From Trichomonas gallinae (lineage: Eukaryota): a stretch of DNA of 38,420 nucleotides. Positions within the stretch are counted from its first letter, which is position 1; the number at the start of each line of letters is the position of its first letter. The stretch spans positions 1 to 38,420 of the forward strand of contig MRSU01000311.1 in assembly GCA_008369845.1 (NCBI GenBank). The letters are read 5' to 3'. The notes beneath the pieces are model-generated. The model was given only the letters and a program-made list of their open reading frames with translations. It was not told where the DNA came from and did not search any database. The translations under genes were made by a program, and so were the position numbers. Positions 9,485 to 19,403 of this stretch are shown here, piece after piece.

Positions 9485-10948
9485 ATGGATAGGGATTATA
9501 AAATTTCAGAGACACCAAAGGAAGAAAATATAAGTAATGAACCAGAAGAGCCAGAATATGTCGATCCAATGACATTAAATAATCCAAAAGCCACATGGGA
9601 TAATTTTATAAAGGATTTATCATTAAATATAATAGAAAACGAAGAAGGAATTATAGATATTAATCTGAATCGAATGAATGAGATAAATGAACTACTAAGA
9701 GCGTCATTGAATATGATAATAAATCCGCATATTCCGGCCAATGAAATTCAAAACGAACTATACCTACAAATACTATTAACACTCTTTCAAAAATCAGATA
9801 TCACCGATGAAACATTACAAATATTAGTCAATATTTCAGAAAGAATATTTATTCTTCAATTTAACGAAAAACTTTATAATTTGGCTATTGAAACAGCTAA
9901 ACTATGTACAACTAAGAGTGGTAATATACAATTAATTGCATTATCAGCAATTTATCAATTAATGTCTGATAAACGCAAAGAAAACATACAATTCCGCTTG
10001 GATGTTCATCAGCATATTACTCGCGATCTCTTACAAATATTTCTAACATCAAGTGATATTCTTCTTATTAGAGGAATTTTGTTATATTTTGAAGCTTTAT
10101 TATTTTTATTTTCGCAACTTACTATTGATTATCATCAAGAATTTGAAAATGAATTTGTTCCAATCATTGGTGCAGAAATAATTTCACATTTGATTCCTTA
10201 TAATGAAACAGTGACACCAGCTGCTATCAAAGTCGTCTCAAATCTATCATATTTCCCAACTGGCTGCGAATTTTTAATATCACAAAATATTCATAACCTG
10301 TTATTCCAATTAAATGCAGTACATAGGCAAATTCTCAGCAATTACGAAGCAAATGATACAAATCTAAGTCGTGACATATATGTTGCCACATCAATTTATG
10401 AATTATTCTTCAGATTCTCTAATTTTGAAGGATGCAGACAAATGCAAGTCACAATTTTCAGCAATCCGGAGTTTCCAGATATGGTCAAATACGAACTTGC
10501 CGAAGGACATCACACAACAAGAGAAATCATATTAAAATTAATTTACACGTTTATTGTTGATTATGGACAATATTTCGAAGAAACAGGCATCATACATGAA
10601 GTAATGATAAGATTTTTACAAGGAGTTCCTTACAATGAACGAGTTTCAACTGTGAATATTTTATTAACTCATTTCACTAAAGCTCCTCACGAAGTCATTG
10701 AGAAATACATGACGGGCGATATAATACTTGCTATAGTTGATGTCGTAGAGAACCCGGAAGATAACAAGAAGATGATGGAAGGATTCTGCGAAACAATGAT
10801 ATGCTTAATTCATGTTTTTCCTCATGTTTTTGAAATTCTTGATAACGAAGACTTTCATGATTCTCTCACTGAGTTTATCGACAACAACAAAATCATTGAC
10901 CATGCTGTTCAACTCTTGAGCATGCTTGAACCATCCGAAGAAAATTAA
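9485..10948 (+). CDS. Hypothetical ARM/alpha-solenoid-like protein, 487 aa
   Basis: Long acidic all-helical ORF with ARM-like segments (PAAIKVVSNLSYFPTGCEFLISQNIHNLL). Family not resolved. Confidence 0.75.
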   Translation: MDRDYKISETPKEENISNEPEEPEYVDPMTLNNPKATWDNFIKDLSLNIIENEEGIIDINLNRMNEINELLRASLNMIINPHIPANEIQNELYLQILLTLFQKSDITDETLQILVNISERIFILQFNEKLYNLAIETAKLCTTKSGNIQLIALSAIYQLMSDKRKENIQFRLDVHQHITRDLLQIFLTSSDILLIRGILLYFEALLFLFSQLTIDYHQEFENEFVPIIGAEIISHLIPYNETVTPAAIKVVSNLSYFPTGCEFLISQNIHNLLFQLNAVHRQILSNYEANDTNLSRDIYVATSIYELFFRFSNFEGCRQMQVTIFSNPEFPDMVKYELAEGHHTTREIILKLIYTFIVDYGQYFEETGIIHEVMIRFLQGVPYNERVSTVNILLTHFTKAPHEVIEKYMTGDIILAIVDVVENPEDNKKMMEGFCETMICLIHVFPHVFEILDNEDFHDSLTEFIDNNKIIDHAVQLLSMLEPSEEN

Positions 10949-12177
10949 TTCATTGTGAATTTCCTTACAAAATTCCAAAATAGATCAGAAGACATTTTTG
11001 GATTATTGAGAATCTACAATTTGCAATCAAATTATTTGAAAATATCAAAAAATTTAACGATAATTAATATAAAATTTATTTGAATTGCAAAAATCCGATT
11101 CTAATTGATTACTCATGAGTCAATTAGTTGTGTAGAGTCTATATTTTGATTACTCAGACAATGGCAATAATTTATCAATTCTCGTTTGATTTTATCTTTA
11201 AAATCTAATTAAAACCAGAAATACACTTAGATATCGGCATTAATATACTAAATCTAGATCGAACAAACCGAACCGGGCTAAACTTCAAAATTATTAATTA
11301 GATTGACATTAGATCAAGCACAATTTCGTTAAATAAGCAAATGCAAAAGGCCTACATATTCCCTGGTAACTCATGAATGTAATCATAAGATCATAGAAAA
11401 ATCTTGAAATGTAAACTGTTGACAGTTTTTTCGAATTTTTTTTTATCCGTCCATTTTAGACGCAAAAATTGAATGAAAAACAGGATTTTTTTTGAAATAT
11501 AGACAGTTCTTAAATAGCTAGATAATATATTATTTGAGTTTCGGTATCGTGAGATAGAAAGCACGGTAATTTTAACACTGAATTTTCAAAACGAATCATT
11601 TCTTAGTGCTCGTTTAAACTATTTAAACACATGACGCATGTCCTATAGATGCCTACGTCAATGTGTAATGATTACAAAAGTGGTTTATTCCGAAATTCAA
11701 TGCATGGAGGATAATTATTGGAACGTATATTTCAAGGAATAAAAAATTTCCCTCATCATAAATTAGATGTCATACTTGTATGGACAGTAGGCATCAAACG
11801 AAGAGAAATTACACGCAAAATTTGATAATTTTTACAGAAGAGGAAAAAATTCCCAGACTTTAAATTGCCATTTAGCATCATATTTCAAGCATATCATCAG
11901 ATGCCTATATGGCCATAATTCGTATCAAAACTTTCTGCAAATTTCGAACAAATCAAAAGACAAAAACAAAATTTCCCATATCATCTTTAACAATATACAC
12001 ATCTCAGACAAAATTTTGAAAATTTTTACCGATCAAAAAAATTTTAAAACCATATTTGAAATATTTGAATTACGCTTTGAATATTTGAATAAATATTGAA
12101 TATTTCAGGAGAATATTCAATTATTGAATTGTGATTTAATAATTTGAGAACCACTTAAGCAAAAACAGTTATCAATA

Positions 12178-13101
12178 ATGAATGAAAGAGAAACTGATTT
12201 CTTCATTAAGCTAGGATTCAAGATCCTCAAGATCATAGGTCGTGGCAGTTTTGGAGTTATTTACTACGTACACTCGATGCAGTATAATATGAACTTTGCT
12301 CTAAAAAAGATACCTATTTCAGAATTCAAGGAAGACGAGATAGAATGTATGAACATAATTGACAGTCCGAGGATAGTCAGACTATATCAGTATTTCAAGT
12401 TCGACCAATCCATCTATTTGCTCATGGAATACTGCCCAAAGGATTTGATGAGAGCGACAAAGAAGAAACTAGCCCCTAGAATCCTTAGTCACTATATCTA
12501 TGAGATGCTCATATGCTTGAAAATATGCCATGATAACGGTGTTGCCCATAATGACATCAAACCTTCGAATTTCTTAATTGATCATTATGGACATGTTAAG
12601 ATTAGCGACTTTGGACTTGCTCAGATCTTCAAAGGAAACCCAGCAACAAGCAAAAGAGGTGGCTCTATTAATTTTATGGCACCAGAATTGTTCGAACAAA
12701 AAATTTATAACCCAATGCTCTCAGACATCTGGTCTCTCGGTGTTACAATATATTTCTTGGCTTCCCATAGATATCCGTTCGAAGCACCATCAGATTTGGA
12801 CTTAATCGATGAAATTCAAAGAGGTCAATTTAATTTGAAGGTTATCCATGATGAAATGCTCAGAGAGCTTATTGCAAGATGCATCATAATTGACCCTTCT
12901 CAGAGAGCTACAGTTGACGAACTCCTCAAGTTGCAATACTTCAATAATAACGAAATGAAACAATGGGACAGCCAAAAGCAACTAGCAACATTCGCAAAAA
13001 ACCATAACATGATTGTTAGGCCGAAGATCGAGAAACCAAACAATCTTGTCCATAAGTTGCATCCTGTATCACAACAAAGAGTCGCTTATGCGCAATTATA
13101 A
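12178..13101 (+). CDS. Ser/Thr protein kinase (CAMK-like expanded family)
   Basis: GRGSFG, ALKK, HNDIKPSN, DFG, APE and DIWSLG motifs are all intact. Confidence 0.95.
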   Translation: MNERETDFFIKLGFKILKIIGRGSFGVIYYVHSMQYNMNFALKKIPISEFKEDEIECMNIIDSPRIVRLYQYFKFDQSIYLLMEYCPKDLMRATKKKLAPRILSHYIYEMLICLKICHDNGVAHNDIKPSNFLIDHYGHVKISDFGLAQIFKGNPATSKRGGSINFMAPELFEQKIYNPMLSDIWSLGVTIYFLASHRYPFEAPSDLDLIDEIQRGQFNLKVIHDEMLRELIARCIIIDPSQRATVDELLKLQYFNNNEMKQWDSQKQLATFAKNHNMIVRPKIEKPNNLVHKLHPVSQQRVAYAQL

Positions 13102-13506
13102 AATTTTATATTGATTTGTTGTTTGTTTTAAAAATATTCGGTATTTTGAAGTTGCTGCTTTTTATATTTCGAAGTATCAGCTAAAAATTGAAGATAATAT
13201 TACTATTTTTTTTGTATAAGCGTGTAGAGTTGCTTACATGCATTATTTCACTTTATTACTTTGTGCTCATGCCAAATTATATAATGAAATCGAATGAATT
13301 AATAACTATCATCAAAATTCTTTAATTTTATAATTTATTCATTCCTTTATTGTTGATAGTATAATAAAATTGTAATTATATAATTATATTGAAATGTTTT
13401 CATGAAACAATTAGCCATTATTATGGTATTATAGTGAAGCATATTTCATATAAATTAATTTTACGATAGTATTATTACAGACAATGATTATATAACAAGA
13501 ATGTAA

Positions 13507-14286
13507 TTAATATTTTGCAATAATATATGTGAAGCAAAAGAAAATTATCAATCCTGCAATGTAAGCTGTATATATAGCTTTTCTCTGAGACAAATTTGGC
13601 CAGTTCATTGCTGCATTGAAGTTTGGAAACTGCATGTAGTTGCAGAACTGATGCAAAATAATGCATGTGAGCAAGCCATGAGTTTTTACCCAACAAAATG
13701 TTGTCCAGAATCCGAATAATGAAGTAAAACAGACCTGGAGCAATACTTTGAGTAGTTTCTTTTTCCATGGAGATGTACTTTCAAAGAAATGATGAAAGTG
13801 GGCAATTCCAAATAGAAATGGAGATATGAAGATGATTTTTAATTGTGAAATTCCAGCACTTTCCCACATGTTTCCATTGCAGTATCTGTATAAGATTTCT
13901 TCGATGATTGGAGGAAGAGGTCGTAAATCTTGATATGTTTCACGGAAGAATGTACGCCAAAACACTTTTTTGTCTTTGGCATATTTATATCTACTCTCAA
14001 ATGAGAAATAATATTGAAACATTGGTCCAATGAATAATGAAACTGTAGTAAATATGAACAAAGCTGAACAAATTATATCTCCGAATACATAAATTGGTCT
14101 AGAGGCTCCAATATAAACTAAAAAAAGAATATTGAAGACTGCTGTGCCAGACATAACTGTTAATCTGTAAGTAAACTTAGCGACATTTGGAGCAATAAAC
14201 TGCTGAACGTAAAAGAGAGAGATAAATACAATGGTAATAGCTAATGACGTTAAAACGGCACCTAGCTTACTTATCATTACTGTCAT
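13507..14286 (-). CDS. RCE1: CAAX prenyl protease type II (Rce1/CPBP family)
   Basis: Multi-TM protein with the EEILYR, FGIAH and HQFCN catalytic motifs. Confidence 0.88.
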   Translation of the reverse strand: MTVMISKLGAVLTSLAITIVFISLFYVQQFIAPNVAKFTYRLTVMSGTAVFNILFLVYIGASRPIYVFGDIICSALFIFTTVSLFIGPMFQYYFSFESRYKYAKDKKVFWRTFFRETYQDLRPLPPIIEEILYRYCNGNMWESAGISQLKIIFISPFLFGIAHFHHFFESTSPWKKKLLKVLLQVCFTSLFGFWTTFCWVKTHGLLTCIILHQFCNYMQFPNFNAAMNWPNLSQRKAIYTAYIAGLIIFFCFTYIIAKY

Positions 14287-14288
14287 AT

Positions 14289-14450
14289 TTTACACGACAA
14301 AAGCGCGTTTTTAAACATTATTCGACAAAATTTAAATATACATGACAAAAATTTATTTTACATTTTAACCTTATTTGACAAATATTTTTTACATGTCGAA
14401 AATATTTTTTTTGACTCGAATTGTCAAATATTTTCGATTTACATGTCAAA
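14289..14450. promoter_or_regulatory. Cluster of four TWTACAYGWCRAA motifs in the divergent RCE1/HEAT-gene spacer
   Basis: Copies at 14289, 14337, 14388 and 14438, about 50 bp apart. Confidence 0.5.
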
Positions 14451-14457
14451 ATTTTAA

Positions 14458-16743
14458 ATGGATTTTGTGCAAGTTCTGCAAAATGCAGAGCAATCATCAG
14501 AAGCATTTCAAATGCTTAAGCAATATGCAGAAGACAACATTAAGGAGTACACAAATCAGTTATTTTCCATTTTTGTTAATAATTCGGATAATGAAAAATT
14601 AAATTTCTTAGCTTTATCTTTAATGATGCATATTTCAATAGATTTCGAAATATACGCACAAAATCATGATATTATTATCAATTTTCTCAGACATCCAAAT
14701 CAAGCAATAAAAAATCTTGCAATTCCGCCTTTAACTGCACTTATACGAGTTTTACTATATGAGAATAATGCTGCTGTAAATGAAATAATATCAAAATTCC
14801 TCCAAGGTTTGAATGATTTAGATATAAATTTCGCTTGCAGCTGTGTAACAGTTTTAGCTCAAGCATTTAATGGTTCTCCACAATATGTAGAGTTAGTATT
14901 TAATCCACTCTGGGAATCATTAGCTCAGCCTCGTCCTGAAATCCAAAAACAAATTCTCGAAAGTTTCGCTGCAATGGAAACAGCCGATTTATCTAAAACA
15001 ATGAATTTCGTGCAGCGAATCCATGGCATCACTGAGTTCTTTGGCAGTGAAATACTTATAGGGCCAGCAATGATGTTTTTGAGTAACTGTTTTAGAGAAA
15101 TGCCTTCATTATTGACAAATGAAATCGCAATGAAAATAATTGAGATTGATTTGAGTTTTATTGGAAATTCCAATGAGACTATCATAGCACAATACATAGA
15201 TCTATGGTACAGCATTGCTCTCGCAGAGAAAACAGCGAATGAAGGCGAAATGATTCCAACAGTTTGCGCAATTTTTGCTGAGCAGATTATAACTTTTTTA
15301 TTAAATCATTTATCTTGTCGCCGCGAGTCAGAGGAAGGAGAAATCAATACTTATGACATTGCAAGCATCGCAAAGAAGTCATTAATAATTGTTAGTTCCA
15401 ATGCCGTTCAAGAATCGTTTCCAATAATTTACCAATTCATCAACCAAACAGTTTCGTTGAATGCTGACGCTGCTATGAATGCACTTCATGCATTACTGAA
15501 ATTAGGCGTAAAAGAAAGGATAGAAGAGCTTTTTGAAAATATAATGGAATTAATTTTGCTCTCTTTTGATCATGCAGATAAAAATGCTCGGCTAGCAGGC
15601 TTAAAATGCCTATCAACACTATCAACAAAGTATGGCTTCGCAACATTCGAAATATTATCAAATTATACTGAAAAATTAGTTCCTTTATGGGTAGATCCAT
15701 CAGAAGAAGTCGCACAAGAGGCTTTCAGCTGCTGTTCATGTATATACAAGAAAGCACCATGGCATTGCATTGTTTCGCAAGCTCAAGATTTAATTAATTT
15801 ATTCCCAGAAATTCCAACAAATCGTCTGTATTTATATTTCCCGTTCTTATATTCGTTCTTTTCGCAGTGTGATGACATGAATGACTTGAATGTAATCATA
15901 TCAACATTTGTTGAAATTTGCACAACAGCTCTTCAACAAAATGAATGGCCACAAAACGCATATGATGGAATTTTTGGCTCCCTTTATCAATTAATTGCTA
16001 TCAAAGAAGATCATTCATTCGATGAAAATATAATAAATGCAATTTATGAATGTTGCATAGAAGGATTCACAAATCATAATGCAGATGATGCTGTTCTGAT
16101 ACCAAGTATTATCGCACATTATGCACCCGAAATATTTGCAAATGAAAATCGACATATTTCATTTATTGAGTTTTTGTTTAATACATTTGCGAATACGATT
16201 TCAATTCATGTAATATCAGCATTGAGCAATGTTCTTTTGACTTGCAGCGACTTAATTGGAAATTATATCCAAAATTTACAGGAAATTATGTCAATAATTA
16301 TGCAACACGTTACTAATTTTGATATAGAGCAGTGTCTTGAGTATCTGACTCAATCACTCTTCTTCATGAATGTTTTAGTTGATTCAAAAGCTCCAATATC
16401 AGAGGAAATGATCAGAAATGTTATGAATGCTTTGAATTCAGCAGTTATGCAATATTATTTATGTTATATAGAAGAAGAAACTGTTTTCATGACAAATGTT
16501 CAAAATTTAACAAAATTTGTTGTTTATGCTTATCAAACATATAATTTATGCGAGCAAGAGTTCCTTGAAGTTGCTTTTAATATTACAAGAATGTATTCTA
16601 ATGAAGAATCGATTTCAAATGAATTAGTTAACGAAATGAAAGAAATGGCGCAATATGTAATGCAGTCTAGAGATCCTAACACACTCGAACAAGAGCATCT
16701 GATTTTCTTGCAAAATTGTTTGGAATTTAATGAAGAAGAATGA
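14458..16743 (+). CDS. Divergent importin-beta-like HEAT-repeat protein
   Basis: 761 aa, helical. MDFVQVLQNA start and a YIDLWYSIALAE motif parallel the 1679 gene; HEAT-like HADKNARLAGLKCL segment. Confidence 0.7.
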   Translation: MDFVQVLQNAEQSSEAFQMLKQYAEDNIKEYTNQLFSIFVNNSDNEKLNFLALSLMMHISIDFEIYAQNHDIIINFLRHPNQAIKNLAIPPLTALIRVLLYENNAAVNEIISKFLQGLNDLDINFACSCVTVLAQAFNGSPQYVELVFNPLWESLAQPRPEIQKQILESFAAMETADLSKTMNFVQRIHGITEFFGSEILIGPAMMFLSNCFREMPSLLTNEIAMKIIEIDLSFIGNSNETIIAQYIDLWYSIALAEKTANEGEMIPTVCAIFAEQIITFLLNHLSCRRESEEGEINTYDIASIAKKSLIIVSSNAVQESFPIIYQFINQTVSLNADAAMNALHALLKLGVKERIEELFENIMELILLSFDHADKNARLAGLKCLSTLSTKYGFATFEILSNYTEKLVPLWVDPSEEVAQEAFSCCSCIYKKAPWHCIVSQAQDLINLFPEIPTNRLYLYFPFLYSFFSQCDDMNDLNVIISTFVEICTTALQQNEWPQNAYDGIFGSLYQLIAIKEDHSFDENIINAIYECCIEGFTNHNADDAVLIPSIIAHYAPEIFANENRHISFIEFLFNTFANTISIHVISALSNVLLTCSDLIGNYIQNLQEIMSIIMQHVTNFDIEQCLEYLTQSLFFMNVLVDSKAPISEEMIRNVMNALNSAVMQYYLCYIEEETVFMTNVQNLTKFVVYAYQTYNLCEQEFLEVAFNITRMYSNEESISNELVNEMKEMAQYVMQSRDPNTLEQEHLIFLQNCLEFNEEE

Positions 16744-16825
16744 TATTTTTTATATTTTTTGTTTTGTTTGTAATAAATAGCTTTAGAAATAGCTGAATTT
16801 ATGAAAATGAAAAAATTTTAATTAT

Positions 16826-16991
16826 TCGACCCTGCTTATATATCCCAGACCCTAAATATTAATTAAATTATAGGACCCTGTTAATATTAATCAGACCCTA
16901 TGATTAATTTGATATAAAGACCCCGCATATATATACCAGACCCTAATTAATAATTTAATATATAGACCCTGCTTAGATTTATAAGACCCTC
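16826..16991. repeat. 4 x ~46-bp array of paired GACCC boxes
   Basis: GACCC at 16828, 16848, 16874, 16894, 16919, 16939, 16965 and 16985; spacings 20/26/20/25/20/26/20. Confidence 0.85.
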
Positions 16992-17005
16992 ATTTATAAT
17001 TTAAA

Positions 17006-19363
17006 ATGTGCTTGAGTAGATCTGAGTTCAAGTTCGGATTTCCATCAGCACGTGTTAAATGCATTGACTTCCACGAATCTAATCCACTACTTGTTGCAGC
17101 TCTTTTTAGCGGATCTGCGTTAGTTGTTGATACAAACACAGGATCTGTCGTTAAAACATATAATGTACATGAAGGATCCGCACTAAGAACATGTAGATGG
17201 ATACATAAAACAGGAAATTTCGTTGTTGGCGGCGATAAAAGTGCGCTTTATTTTTATTCATATACGAAAAACAAGCTAATTTTAACAGTCCCTGATGCAA
17301 GTGTTGGCCCAGTAAGGTCAATAGCTGTTCATCCTACTGAAAGTTTGATTCTTTCATGTGGTGATGATAAACTTGTCAAGTTGTGGGACATTTCTAATGA
17401 CGAATGCAAGCTTATTCGCACGTTTTCGGCACATTCAGCTTTAGTCATCGATGTAAAATGGAGTATTAGAGAACCTACGAATTTTGCATCTTGTTCATAC
17501 GATGGAACTGTTGTTTTTTGGGAAATAAGCACAGAAAACCCCATGTTTACACAGAAAGTCAGCAGCAAATGCGTCAATTGCATATCTTTCGCTTCTGTTG
17601 GAGAAAAATCATATTTCGCAGCAAGCACAGATGACTATACAGTATATATTATTGATGTACAGACAAGGTCAGTTGTAACAAAACTCGAAGATCATACAAA
17701 TAACGTCTCTAGAGTTGAATTTCATAATTTTCGACCAATTTTATTTACAGTTTCTGAAGATTCTACAGCGATTTCTTGGTCATCTACTACATTCAAGAAA
17801 GAAAATACAATAAAATCTACATATAAGCGCATGTGGTCTCTCGCATTTTCTCCATGCTTGCCTTTATTAGCGATAGGATGCGATGATGGTCTGTGTGTTT
17901 ACAAATTTACCAAAGAAGGAATTCCTATATCCATGGATTCTTCCGGAAAAATAATCGCTTCTCATGTTAATGATATTGTTTCAGCGAATCTTCGAGAATT
18001 CCAGAAAAACGCAGATAATTCAGAAATACCAGTCGCATACAAAGAAGCATTTACAACAGAATTCATCCCAGAATACGTAAATCATTCTCCAAATGGAAAA
18101 TTTGTTTCTATCTGCGGAAGCGGCGAATATACCATTTATTCCACCCTTGGATTCAGAGCTAAAGCATATGGAAAGGCTGAAATGGTTGCTTGGTCGCATA
18201 ATAGTATAGATTTCGCAGTTTTGAATAATAATGGCGAAGTTGAAGTCCACATTGGCAGTGATGAGCCAATTTTGATCAAAAATTACTACAGTGTTAGAAT
18301 ATTCGGTGGATATCTACTGGGAATTCAAGATTCTTCGTCTTTAACTTTTATTGATTGGAATTCTAGCCAAGTGATTCGCAGAATTGATGTTGATGCAATT
18401 GATGTTGGATGGGATGGATACAGAAGGGTTGCTGTTCGCACAAAAGAGCAGATTTTCGTTCTAAATTACAATGAAGATCATAATGTTCTCGAAAGTGAAG
18501 AAACAGGCTTCACAGACAGCTTTGAAGTACTACAGACATATGAAACACCATCAACATCGTTCGCTTGGGCTTCTGGCGTTCTTATTTTTACAAATGACTC
18601 TTTTGTTTACAGATGCGTGTCTGGAATCTTCGTTGTGAACTCCAAGCATCTCAAACAAGTTGTTATTGTCGGTTATCTTCCAAAAGAAAATAATTTAATT
18701 TTGGCTGATCACAGAGGAAACCTAATTTCTGCCAATTTACCGAATTCTCTACTACAGTTTGAGAGTTTAGTGACAGACGATTTCATAGAAGAAGCAGTAG
18801 AATTTGCATCAAACATTCCAGACGTTTTTAGATCGAAAGAGTCAAGGGTCATGCGTCAGCTCGGCCAAAGGAAGCTTGCTTTATCAGTCGCCAATGACAA
18901 AAACTCGCTTTTCGAAATCGCTTCCGAGATTGGCGAAATCGAGGAAATGGCGAAGAATGCAACTGACGAGTCACAGTTCAAGAAGCTCGCGAAGATGGCC
19001 TTGGAAAAAGGAAACTACGAAATTGCCGTTGATTCGCTTAAGAAATGCAAAGATTTTTCTTCTCTTTTGATTTTATTGAAGGGAAGAGGCGACATTGAAG
19101 GCATAAAGAGTCTAGTAGATGAAGCAGCTACAAATGGACAATTAAACGTTGCTTTTTCAGCAGCTTTGTTAATTGGCGACAAAAAACGATGCGTTGTACT
19201 TCTGCTTCAGAGCAAAATGTATCCAGAGGCAGCACTGCTGGCGAGATCTTCTGTTCCTGATATGGTTAGTGAATGCATTAAACAATGGAAAGAAAATGCA
19301 ATTTCTAAGAGAATTGCTGATTCTCTTGCAGATCCTGCAGAGTTCCCTGATTTGTTTGAATAA
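17006..19363 (+). CDS. COPB2: Coatomer subunit beta' (Sec27), WD40 repeats plus alpha-solenoid
   Basis: SARVKCIDFH, VRSIAVHPT...LSCGDDKLVKLWD, HSPNGKFVSICGSGEYTIY and C-terminal IADSLADPAEFPDLF. Confidence 0.93.
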   Translation: MCLSRSEFKFGFPSARVKCIDFHESNPLLVAALFSGSALVVDTNTGSVVKTYNVHEGSALRTCRWIHKTGNFVVGGDKSALYFYSYTKNKLILTVPDASVGPVRSIAVHPTESLILSCGDDKLVKLWDISNDECKLIRTFSAHSALVIDVKWSIREPTNFASCSYDGTVVFWEISTENPMFTQKVSSKCVNCISFASVGEKSYFAASTDDYTVYIIDVQTRSVVTKLEDHTNNVSRVEFHNFRPILFTVSEDSTAISWSSTTFKKENTIKSTYKRMWSLAFSPCLPLLAIGCDDGLCVYKFTKEGIPISMDSSGKIIASHVNDIVSANLREFQKNADNSEIPVAYKEAFTTEFIPEYVNHSPNGKFVSICGSGEYTIYSTLGFRAKAYGKAEMVAWSHNSIDFAVLNNNGEVEVHIGSDEPILIKNYYSVRIFGGYLLGIQDSSSLTFIDWNSSQVIRRIDVDAIDVGWDGYRRVAVRTKEQIFVLNYNEDHNVLESEETGFTDSFEVLQTYETPSTSFAWASGVLIFTNDSFVYRCVSGIFVVNSKHLKQVVIVGYLPKENNLILADHRGNLISANLPNSLLQFESLVTDDFIEEAVEFASNIPDVFRSKESRVMRQLGQRKLALSVANDKNSLFEIASEIGEIEEMAKNATDESQFKKLAKMALEKGNYEIAVDSLKKCKDFSSLLILLKGRGDIEGIKSLVDEAATNGQLNVAFSAALLIGDKKRCVVLLLQSKMYPEAALLARSSVPDMVSECIKQWKENAISKRIADSLADPAEFPDLFE

Positions 19364-19403
19364 TATAAAATGTTTTTTTTATTTACTTCACTTTTTTTAG
19401 ATT

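Noticed and set aside
16826..16991. GACCC array as a CRISPR array
   Set aside because: Conserved boxes are only 5-8 bp, spacers are short and AT-rich, there are no cas genes, and the context is eukaryotic.
19372..19400. 29-nt GT...AG as a short intron
   Set aside because: No GTA donor and no ACTAAC branch motif; splicing would destroy rather than create an ATG.
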